Below, one piece after another: positions 14,006 to 25,474 of a DNA stretch of 64,000 bases; the stretch's first letter is position 1; each line of letters begins with the position of its first letter. Position numbers and translations under genes: made by a program. The DNA is from Kudoa neothunni (Eukaryota > Animalia > Cnidaria), in NCBI GenBank assembly GCA_964304625.1, contig OZ199840.1, forward strand, positions 5,693,200 through 5,757,199, in the 5' to 3' direction. The notes below the pieces were generated by a model. That model was given only the letters and a program-made list of their open reading frames with translations. It had not been told where the DNA came from and made no database searches.

Positions 14006-14099
14006 AGGGAATTTCCGCCCAGTAATGTAGTGGGCTAGCACGGAGCCCAGCCTCGGTTGATTGGGGGATTACTACACTCGCATTGATCGGGAAACCCTG
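14006..14099 (+). ncRNA. Unidentified GC-rich structured RNA-like element
   Basis: Nested stems with G-U pairs forming a long stalk capped by two hairpins; no family recognised. Confidence 0.3.
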
Positions 14100-14231
14100 T
14101 CTGTATATTAGGATCAACTGAAATCAAGTTATACATTCATAAGAATATTTGGAGAAATATAAACAAGCTATACACAAAATACAAAAAAATGTTAAACAAG
14201 TTTTTAAGAAGACTAATGATTGAGTTATCAA

Positions 14232-14537
14232 CTATTTTTTTGTTGTTGTGGTGTTTGTAGTTTTAGTCACCCTATCGATCATTTTGCTTTCTATTTGTTT
14301 GGCCAATGCAGCATCGATAACCTTTAAATAATTGATCAACGATTTCAAGATTTAAGTGTGAAGCAAACCTTTTGTGTTTTTGATTTCTCACTCTTTGGTT
14401 TAGTTACTTTAGCTAACTCGAAATTAATATTGCTCCTCTTATTAATTTGCGTATTTACATGCTTTTTTAATTTTATTCGGTCGCTGACTCTTAGGTTTTC
14501 CCGGCCGTTTAGCGAACTTAGTCTTACCCTGAGCCAT
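14232..14537 (-). CDS. UPF0390/DUF2462 (C19orf53, Leydig cell tumor 10 kDa-like) small basic protein, 70 aa
   Basis: Exons 14537-14459, 14412-14369, 14321-14232 (introns 46 and 47 nt) give MAQGKTKFAKRPGKPKSQRPNKIKKASKVTKPKSEKSKTQKVIDAALAKQIESKMIDRVTKTTNTTTTKK*. The MAQG..K start and K..IE helix match the family as I recall it. Confidence 0.75.
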
Positions 14538-14606
14538 AATGAGCGTACGAGCGTGATGGTCGTACGCAAGCGCAGAAAAAAACAAATAAATAAAAACTAC
14601 CAGAAA

Positions 14607-15465
14607 TCAATCGAGTGGCTTGGCCTCAACCAAAAATATATAATACAACAGAGGGAATACAAAAAATAGAAAAATTATTGTGATTATCAATGATCTTGTA
14701 GTGCATGTAACACCGAGAAACTTTGAACGGCCATACGAGGATGAACGACCGCTCAATAGTACATTTTCACTTGGTGATATTCCTATTGATGGATCGCCAC
14801 TTCCCACATCTAAAACAGCGAAAAATTAAACTGCCAACCAACTCTCTATATGAACCTTTCAATCGTATAAAATCATTGTAAACATTATCATTATTGTGAG
14901 CAAAAAAATCAGAGTTTTTGTTATTGTTCGATTGGGAATTATTATTAATTTCATTTTCCACTTTATCCGAATTGGAATCTGTTAGAAGTGGTACGCGTAT
15001 TTCTTTCAACACGAAGAATTCAGCATTATTCGTTATACCATTTAATATTTTGAGATCACCAATCTAAAACAAAACAAAGTAATCATACGAAATTGGACAT
15101 TCATTTAAATTTATAAATAACTTATTAATTAACTATAAAATTTAATTGGAAACAAATAAAATCAAGTCTCAAATGAATTAATCAGTTGGATTATCACCAC
15201 CAATTCTATTTAACTCCGCTTATATTACAGTGCAATCATGTTTCAATGCAATGGAATGTAGAGTATCGCCTATCTCCAACTTTTTTGTTGTTATATTAGT
15301 AGACAATGGAAGAGAGGTCATGCCCATGCGATGATAAATTATCTTTCCATGATTTTCTAGTTGGGAATTATTGTTGTGTCCAAAATCGTAATATATATCT
15401 TCCATTTTTACATCCTTGCTCTGATATTTTTTAGGCAGAAGAGGTCTATTTTCCTGGCCGTTCAT
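14607..15465 (-). CDS. LysM-domain, C-terminal TM protein (LYSMD3/4-like), 215 aa
   Basis: Exons 15465-15229, 15063-14856, 14809-14607. LysM motif LEIGDTLHSIALKHDCT|IGDLKILN...KEIRVP spans a 165-nt intron. Single C-terminal TM: LIITIIFLFFVFPLLYYIFLV. Confidence 0.85.
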
Positions 15466-16209
15466 TGCAGCCCGATAAACCCATACACTTTATGGCATGC
15501 GCAAACTCGGTTTTTGAATTATGCACAGCTTCGGAAAGATTTCGTTTGGAGATCGTCCATTCTCTTTTGATATACACGGGTTGGTTGAAGTGATGACTAA
15601 TCATTTCGTAAACCTATGATGATTAGATAATATTAAGAGATTTTAGTTGCTTGCGCATGCTACATTTTCACTAAATGTGATCAATCTAGTGGTTTGTTTG
15701 TGTTCTTAGATTGATCGTATATTTACTTAAAAATTGGAAGTGTCCATCTTTTACGGGATCATATAATTTCCTTTATGACTAGCCATATATATATATATAT
15801 ATATATGAAAATATCTTATTAACTACAATCGATATTTTATATCTGATTACAAACATAAATTTTAATGATTATTCACGTATTTTGGTAATTTATCATAATG
15901 GCAATAGATCTTCATTGATATTTATTTTTGGCCAAAGTTATATGTTTAAATTTGTCTTCTTAACTTGAAAAAATGACTCATCTAGCATATAATAGAAAAC
16001 AATGTTTAAAATTTTCCCGGTAGTTAGACCATTGATTGTATGAGCATGCGAAACGATTTTGTTTGTTTCTTGAATTTACATAGATGCATTCAATAATTAT
16101 GCTAAATTTTATTATCTCTAAATATAAAATTTTTATAAATTTGCATTTAGACATGACCCGAGTATATATAATTGGGGATAAATAATTTTGCGTTAAACAA
16201 AAACTTTAA

Positions 16210-17160
16210 ACCATCAGTGTACCGAAAATCAATTGCATCCCCATGCACTCTGGAGTAGAAAAAGACCCCAGATTTTTACTTTATCATTTGTTATTAAAAA
16301 GTTCCCTAAGAAGAAATATTGAAGATCTTGTTGGATATAACAGTGAATAAAGTGTTATACTGTAAGTAAATTCACTAGTAATCTCGATAATCATACGAAT
16401 ACCGCTTTGTCAACGTCCGTCGCATCAACTTTTAACTAGGATTCCCATTTAACGTGTATTGTTCTAATTAACTTTAAAATCAAAATATTAATCTACATAA
16501 CTTCTCGTATGATTTTTTATATCGTAAATAAACCGTATTTAATGTAAAAAATATTCACAAATATTTATTAGGTGATTCAAACAAAAATATTTCCTACTTA
16601 CTACACACACGACGTTGGAGTTTTATCCAATTTTCTTGGAATAACTTCGCTTCTTGATATTTCAATTCGAGAATTTCTTTCTACAACATATCCTTGGAAT
16701 AGGGATTAATGGCGATTTATGATTCTTGGTTGTCATATTTCTCTTCATTCGTAGGTCAGGTAATAATTCCGCCATTATTTTAAGAACTTCCTCCGGAGAA
16801 CATTATCACCAAAAATTCGTTTGTATATAAAACCACGTGATTTATAGTTTATTTTCAGTTTTAAGCATTATACCGTAGAATATAGACTATAGAAAATCCT
16901 AATATTCATCATTTAAGCTACAAATTCTCTCTTCTTTGTCCTCGCAAAGAAAACCGTAGGGTATTTATCTACCCCAAAGTCAATCCGAAGGTGGAAAATG
17001 TATATTTCCGCCAATGCCATGATTAAAAAAATTTTTTTAATTTGCAAATAAAAATAATTTAAAAGACAAATAATCTTACAAAGTTTGAAATTATATATAA
17101 TGAATAATTCAATAAAGTAAGTATCATTGGGTAGTTTTCAACCCCAATTCCATTAGAGGG
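16210..17160 (-). mobile_element. piggyBac deletion derivative
   Basis: Ends in GAGGG|TTAA at 17160; decayed C-terminal Cys/His domain near 16570-16640; left boundary approximate. Confidence 0.55.
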
Positions 17161-17749
17161 TTAATGCAGTAGTAACATATTTTACAAGTTCCCCAATCAA
17201 AATATGGTCTAAGCTCACTTTAGGCCCATACCCTTCGGTAACAGCCGGTACCAGAAATCCAGGTATCTTCGTACGATGTATCCAGCTGTTATATAGATTA
17301 ATTACGTGCAATCCCGCAAAACATTCATTATCTTTCGATTAAATGCGGCGATCCCTAATTAATGCATTCTTATGAGTTTGGGTAAAACATATGATTGAAA
17401 ATTATTTATTTAATGAGATAACTGAATTATAAATTTTTATACGCATAAGCGTTATTTTTATTAATCAAACGAAGATTATGGGGCTAATTTACAGTATACG
17501 TATCCAGCGTTCGACAAAGAATACAAAATATCGTGAAACATCGTGAAATTTTAAAAAGAGTTATCATTAGTTAAGAAAAACTTAAATAAAATGCTAATTA
17601 GATTAACTCTTCCGCAAAATTTCTCCATTCAAAAATAAAATTAAAGTTAAAATTTTACATCACACTGTACCAGTCAAAACTGAGCATTAGCGCTATTTAC
17701 TTAAAAATCAAAAAGGTTTTAGTTTGCGCCAGGTGTTAGCCTACTTGGC

Positions 17750-17789
17750 TGGGCAAGGAAGCCTTCGCGAAGCGGGGCTTTCGCGCTAG
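17750..17789 (+). mobile_element. Helitron-like 3' terminus
   Basis: GC hairpin (agccttcgc-gaa-gcggggct) followed by TTCGCG-CTAG|T; the same end motif occurs at 28818 and 59070. Confidence 0.6.
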
Positions 17790-18519
17790 TTGTTTAATAA
17801 AATTATCTTATCCTATATAACAAATAATGATGGAAACTATTGATAATTAATGTTGTTTGAAGGTATTATTAAACAGTAAAATAGGGATTCTAATGAGGCC
17901 GCATTTAACTCAGCTTTTGCACCATTTAATCCAATTAAGATCACACTTCGTAATCTGAAATAGTTATGGTAATTTTTGGAGTTAAACATTATTGTTCTAG
18001 TCCAATTTCAACGGTAATAAATATTATAAAATAACGATCCCGCTTACATGAACGTTTAAATACCCTCAAAATTTGTTTATTTGGTCTTAAATAATTCCAA
18101 GGATATTTTCGAGTATTAACATAATGAATATTGAACAAACGGGGGTTGATTTTTTATTATATTTTTATTGAATAGAAATAAATGGGTCAATATAATATTA
18201 TAATGTCTAACCTTTGCTTAAAGTAACAAACAGAAGGAGGATACGGAATGTCGACTTACGTTAGATTAGCCTATTACTCTGGAAATATCGTATAATAATA
18301 TTTATTTAGAAATTGTGGGATAACATACTAAAAGGAAACCTAAAATATCACGTAGAAATATTAATTGATAATTTTTAAAAGATTCAGTTTGTTTATTAGT
18401 CAACCAAAAGAAGAATAAAGGAATAATTCATAAATTCTTTATTTATCACAGGATTAAATAATTAGATATATTAGTTGAACTTTGAATAAGTGTTGATCAT
18501 CAATTAAGTTAATTTAAAT

Positions 18520-19791
18520 ATGCAAAAACATAAAAAAACGAACGTTACCAAAGCTTTTCCACATACCTTAGTTACATCTACTACTGTTCCCTCCCAATCC
18601 AACCAAAATCTCCAAGAGACAGAGACCCCCATAAAAGGAATAGTACTTATCCAAATTTTTGACTTGTCTCTAACATTAACATAGAAAAAATTTAACCCTG
18701 GCCTTATATTTCTAGCAATATTGATATTGGCTGGAGAAATACTTTTTGTAATGTCCATTTTGTCACAAAATATGTTGGAAATGGAAAAAAATGGTAATGG
18801 AATTGCGATAGGAGTGGTTGGATGTTGCATCAAAAAACAAGGAAAATATGACCGGTGTGGGGGTTATTGTCAACTTTTCAAAGGATTTAGGTTCCCACGC
18901 AGTATAACATTGTTTTATTAAATACATTATAATTAAATATTCATTTTCAATTATTATACCTTATCAAATATGTTAACTATTTTTCGGGATGCTTTTCACA
19001 TTCACTAAAAACAGAAAATATATTTTAAATGATTTTATTAATATTCCAACATAATGCTGTGTTAAACTTTTAATTTTAACTAGATAATATTACTAGCAAG
19101 TTAATACCAATAGAAACAAACATAACCCACTTAGTACAAGACCAAATAAGACGTAATGGACGGCGCTATCGAGGTATAATTATTTGGTGAAATTAGTTGA
19201 TCATATTAACCAATCTTTAGATCAACAACATCGCATAAGTATGATATCAATACCAGGATAACATTAATAATTCTAATTTGCTAAATTAGTGTTTCAAACA
19301 CCCCTTCTTTGTGCCATCCATTTCCCATTCAAACAACGTACTTATTAGTTATTAGTTATATATAGGTAGTCTGAAATTTTTAAATAGTCAAACTCGTCGA
19401 TGAACAAAGTAGAATATTTCTTATCACTGGAACAACAGTTTTTATCGCGATGTTGATTTTGCTGGTAATGACACGGGTCCTCTTCATTGATCATGTCCCT
19501 CGATGGTTACTACTCACCTTCTACTCTGCCGCATGTAGAATAATTGGTTATAACAATTTTCTCAACCTATCTATCAATTTAGGTTTAACCGATTTAGCTG
19601 GCTCAATATACTTGACCTATATGATTAATGAATATTATATGCATTTTGGTGTGTTGAAGTTTGGCGCATCATTCTACATGATGTGGGTTGGAGTTATTAT
19701 AAAATTACCTGGGAATGTTTTGATCTATCTGGCTAAAAAACTACCTGAAAAAGATGTCGCTCTAAAAAATCACGAACATTCCTCATGTTAA
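18520..19791 (+). CDS. Claudin/PMP22/EMP-superfamily four-TM protein, 283 aa
   Basis: Exons 18520-18642, 18685-18901, 19084-19173, 19221-19238, 19290-19337, 19388-19534, 19583-19791 splice in frame. TM1 is followed by a G..GCC..C..C loop, then three further TMs, with FGASFYMMWVG (GxSFYxxW motif) at the start of TM4. Confidence 0.7.
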
Positions 19792-20829
19792 AAAAACGAT
19801 ATTATGGTTCTCTATAATTTTTTAATATAAATACTTATTAATCTCAATTTATTTATATTGGCCAGGTTTAAAATGAAATCTTTGTTATTTTTTTCAGTTT
19901 CGCTTCCATTATTTTATGAATGCAATATTTATTATTCTATTCTGGAGGTTCACATTAATATGAAAATTTTTGAGGATAAAAAGGAAGACTTGAATTTTCT
20001 CCAACCAATATTAGTTCTAGCTAGAGTTCAGAAAAATGAATAATTATTTGATGATTACGTTATCGCTAACATAAGTTATTAATCCAATATTTCATCGGGC
20101 GCTCTATTAAAAGATTAATTACGGATTTTCAGAAATATTTCACTTACAAAAGTCATTTTAATTCACTATCACTTACTATGTTAATGATGAATTAATTATT
20201 GAAATCATTAAGCAATAATTTGTGTTTAATAAAATATTATAGCTCGTTTATTCTTGATTTGATATAATATATTAAAGAAATATAATATGGGAGATGATAA
20301 ATTTTCTGAATTCTCACTTGAACCATGAAAGAATTACTGAAAATAGATTGACGAATTCTTCGTAAATTATCGAGCACGCAAAATAAATATATCTATTTTA
20401 GAGAAATTAATATTATTATAATATACATTATAGCACATATTTTTATTGAAATAATTTTTGATTTTATTGAAATTTTGTATTTTTAAAAATATAAGTCGTG
20501 ATTTTATGTTCCAAAGTCATCATCTCGTCGCGAAAATCAGTTCCTCTCTCTTTAACGTATACTTCTTCAAAATGTGTAAACTTTAAACACATCTTTTGAT
20601 GATATAAATTCTAATATCCCCCCTATCTTCAATTTCTAATTTAACAGATTCAACATCTAAACAATTTGACTCGTCAAACCCTTTTGATATAGCCATAATG
20701 GTTTCTTTTTGAATAACCTTAAAAAATTTCAGCTGAGAGTTCATGATTGCCTGAATTGATACTTGAAAAACTCTCGTATTCATCGGTTACATGAAACTCA
20801 GATTTCTGAAACGGTCAAATATTGTATCC

Positions 20830-22059
20830 TTTGAAACACCCTTCAGTGGTTCTTAAACGTCTAAGAATTGAGGTTTTTGGACCCCAAACCATAACTAATT
20901 TCCCCAGTATTATGTGTGTAATAATCAGAAATTCGTAGAATTCTGCCTAATCTCCTGACTTTCATATTATTTAATCTTTAAAAGTCTTAAGCCGAATGAA
21001 CAAAAATTGTGTGTAGAACAAAAAATATCCTCTAAGGACTATTGGAGTCCATTGGACCTCACGACGTTTTTTGGTCAATATGCTTTAAAAATAAATAAAA
21101 ATGTAGCTACAAAAATATTATTTATTTTAGTCACATAAAGATTTAGAAATATGTCATGAAATTAATTAATTAATGTTCATCGTTCGTAAGGATTTAATTA
21201 TTCATACGTGACAATCAATTAAAATAAATATGGTAAACTTTCATTTACACATAAAGAATAAATGTATACGATCTTAAAGAATAAATGTAATCTATTTGAA
21301 CATATTTACTAATTAAATTCAGTACCCTTTGAAATAAAATCTTCCAAAAATTGATACAGTTGATTATTTATTCATAAATTATGTTTGTGAAAAAGATGAA
21401 AACCAATCTAGTATGTTCTTAACATGCTGAGTAAAATAGGAAATAGCGTCAGGCGGTTTTCTCGTGGTATTTGTTGCACCGATTCTTGATGTATCGGTTT
21501 ACTAATACCCCACATGATACCAGTTTTATTGATTGTTGAGTCTTCAGTATTTCCACACTCCACCGATTCAGTGGACGTTTCAGATTATTTCGTATAGTTT
21601 TCTTCAAATTCATTTCCTAAAGATTGAAATTCAACAAGACACCCGTCAGTTTCATTCATTTTTTGTGCAGGTACACGGCGTCGCGGTGCATTATTTGAGC
21701 AAAGTAACTATATGCTCTTGAACAATAATTTAGAATATTAAATTGAATATTTTTACTAAAATATATTAATCTTTAATTCAAATCACTTAAATTTTTTATT
21801 TCTCAAAAATTTAAGAACATTCAACAACGATTTTATATAACGATTACATCCAATCCAGCCCCAGGCAGTACCAAGAAGATTATAATGGATTAATTACACA
21901 AATGTTCGGCTCTTCTCTTCAAATTTAGTGGACGGAAACTTTTTAAACTGAATAAAATAATATATTTATATCTATTAAGTACATTCATCAAATAAAAAAC
22001 TGGGGTCTTTTGGTCACAAAAGTCTTTGGAGGGTGGTCGTTTTTGCCGACCTCAGAGGG
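20830..22059 (-). mobile_element. piggyBac deletion derivative
   Basis: GAGGG|TTAA end at 22059, GGGGTC-type subterminal motifs, and a decayed Cys-rich C-terminal remnant at about 21400-21700. Confidence 0.55.
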
Positions 22060-22099
22060 TTAATTAGGAGAATCGCTTGAATCGAACCTGGCAAAGATG

Positions 22100-23480
22100 G
22101 ATTTATATCACTGTTAAATGAAACAATATGACTTTTATTAAATTAATTTTATAGTTTTATTTGAATGGGAAAATTATAACCCGTCAAAAAGTGGCAAAAC
22201 GTTAGTAGAATTTTTTGGAAAGAACACAAGGAAGATATTGACCAGTTAAATTTTGTGGTGACAAGTTGCATTAATAAGAAATAGAAAACCTATTTGGTTT
22301 ACCGTTTAGAATACATTTTTCTAATTAGAAAAATATTCCTTAAATACTTCTCCAGCTATCCATGCTTTCCTCTTTAATTCGTACTTTAATGGAAATATTT
22401 GAACGCTTTCAAAACAACGAGGTTCTTTGTGATATCCAATCACAAGAGGTCCAATGCGATCTCCAGAAACATAAACATACAGCAAAACAGTATCTTCTTT
22501 TTAAATTTACACTCTGTTAGAACTTGTTTCTACGATCATAGTTATCATTTTCCTTTTTTCATCAAATCGTAGCATAAAAAGCAATCTTTTTTTAATCTGT
22601 AAATAAAATAATGCAATTCCTTCAAGAATAAATATATAAAGTCAGCATTATATCCTTTGATTTAATCATTAAATTTAGAGTGTCAGTTTTTTACAACGCT
22701 TGAGTCGACATAAGCAACATCACCATGGAAAGTGATATTTCATACATTAACTCGTGTTTTAAAATCACGAAATCAACTATGGGTAACCGCTAGGTTTAGG
22801 TTTAATTCTTTTGTCAATTGGTTTCTTTTCTTTATGAAAACATAAAGAGATTGTTCAATTTTTGATCTCAAGTGTTCATCCAGTCATATACTCGCGAAAC
22901 GATGTCGTCATTTGAACCATGTTTAAGATTCTTTATCGCTGAAGAAGCCAACTCCGTTTCATAAGATAATACTATATCTTTCTTCTTACTCAAGATTCTA
23001 TTTAGAGCAGAAATATAGGGATGCATAAATTTACGAACAGCAATATTTTTTGCATACCTTTTAATAAACATTCAAAAAGTTGATAAATTCATATTATTTC
23101 TTTATTTTTAAGTTTTCTAATACATATTGTACAAATGATAAAAGACATGCCGGTAAATACTTTTAAAGCCAAAAGTTACAGAGAATCTATCAAACGAAAA
23201 TAATACGAAAAAGCATTAACCAACACTCAATTTCTTTAATTTTTATAAATTATTTTAAAACGCTATAAATAATATCACACATGTAGTTTTAAATATTAAA
23301 ATGATAATTTTCGACATTAGAGGTCATGAAGTTGTCCCGTGTTAAAAAAATTTTTAAAATGACGGAAAATAAAAATATACCTTAAATAATTACATAATTT
23401 TTTTTAATAATGGATATTAAAGTTAAATAACAAAAACTAAAAAAAGGGTTCGAGTTAACTGAAAAGGTTGTTTACTCGAA
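22100..23480 (-). mobile_element. Second pogo/Tigger transposase remnant
   Basis: RVYDWM (22868-23071 ORF), then SGDRIGPLVIGYHKEPRCF and RKAWI motifs at about 22330-22480; boundaries approximate. Confidence 0.75.
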
Positions 23481-23699
23481 GCCAACTTGTCAGATCCTGA
23501 TACAACTACAGATAATGATGAAGTGAAATCCATCGGGAAATTAAATGATAATATTTTCTCCTTGTCAAATAATTATTAATATGGTAGTGAGGATAATACA
23601 AGCTTAAAACGGATTAACGCTAGACCATGATTCAGTATTCCGAATGATGTCATTACTGTGGATGATTGTGAACAGCATGAAATCTAATTGTGAGGGTAA

Positions 23700-24800
23700 T
23701 TAAAAAACAAATGATTAACACAGACACTTGCTATAGATATGGTAATGTGTTTTGTAACGGTGCCCTCTAGCACAGTATAATAACACTAATCAAACGTTTA
23801 CCCACCCCAAGTACGTCCATAATTGTGACACGTGAAAAATTCTACGCGGTAGAACAATTGGAAATGGAATCTATTAATGAGTTTGTGACCAGGCTTAAAC
23901 ACCTATCGAGGAATTTAAACTTTGAGAGCATCCTAATGAGAGCTCTCAGAGACAAACTTTTCAACGAGTTGAAACCACCGTTCAGGGGAAACGTGATCGA
24001 CTATTGATGGAACAAAAGTTGGCGTCTGAAAACGTCTAATAAGTCACATTCAACATGGAAATAATTCACAAAGACTCAATAACCGTCAGTCACAGAGAAA
24101 ACATGTTTCCACCGAAAAAAATATTCAACAATATAAGCGCAAAAAGTCAAGAATGAAAAGGAATGTTTCTGATGTGGTAAAAGCGGTCATCATCATAGCG
24201 AGTGTTACTATATCAATAGGAAATATTTTACTTGTGGAAAACTTGGTCGTGTGGCGGAAAAAAGTCAGGATATTAGAACAGATGAAATTAAAAATATTGA
24301 GTGTCTTGTCGATCACAATAACGTTAAATTGATTATTTATGTGTCTCCTTTTTTGTGTGTTACGTATTGGTAAACTTGTAATCAATATGGACGTCGAAAC
24401 GGGTTCTTCGTCAACATATATGTCGTAACAATTATAAAAATTCTTCAAACTCACGATTAAATATAGGCGAAAATGTCTTGGTCCGTGACTTCAGCCCTAG
24501 AGGTCGTAAAAATCGGTCGCCGTGTGTGATCCCTAAAAGAATAAACAATGTGCGTTACTTAATTCCAATCCTATAAAAAAGAAAATCTAGAAAAGACGCA
24601 GAAATCAAAAGAGGAAAAGCAATATGAGAAATTATCCAGGCCTCAAATATTAGTAGGACGATAACTCAACTATAGCTACTAATTCTGAAGTGGCGAGAAA
24701 CGATAATATATCGAAGGACCTACTTGAGGAACAAATGTCCCATCACAGCAAAAGACAAACGAAGTCTACCGGACGACCAAACAAATTTCCCCGTTAGAAC
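23700..24800 (+). mobile_element. Gypsy gag-protease remnant
   Basis: EQLEMESINEFVTRLKHLSRNLNF...LRDKL (gag), C.CGKSGH...EC knuckle at about 24165-24205, and protease-like VETGSS at about 24395. Confidence 0.7.
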
Positions 24801-25474
24801 GCAAAGACGTATCTATTAGGTAACGGATGGTACGTAATCTCCTCGGGACCACCCAAAAAATTGCGTACCAAACGTTGCACCTGATAATACGCATTTAAAA
24901 TGCATTATTAAGATTATTTGGTCAACAAATAATTTGCAATTTTTGTTTAAACCATAATTTTGGATAAAATCTAGTAAATGGTCAGTTCTACTAAAGTATC
25001 TAAAGTATAAATTTTGTTTTATTTGCATCTCTAACATTATTCTTTAATAAGCAATTAACATAGTCTAAAAATAAAATTTATTCTATTTTCATTTACAAGA
25101 AAAAAATTATTTATATTAAATATCTCAAAAGACTAATTTGTATCTTAAAAATACTTTTAAATTGTTCTTATGATCATGCGTATACCTTGAGTATTAAAAA
25201 AACATAGGCTATTTATACACCAATAACCCATAAACTAATGTTAATGTTCGATCAATAAACTCCCTATTATATCATAATCGCTTTCTTTAATTTGCTTCCT
25301 TCGATTTAATATATATTAAAACAAGGTTTTGTATATTAGATTATTTATTCGAGGATTGAAATTATTCACGAGATTTCCGATAAAATTAGATGGTATCGTT
25401 TTCATTAAAAATATAATTTAGGAGATATGTTCAAGCAAGCTTCAACTTGAAGGAATAACTCATTTTTAGGATAA

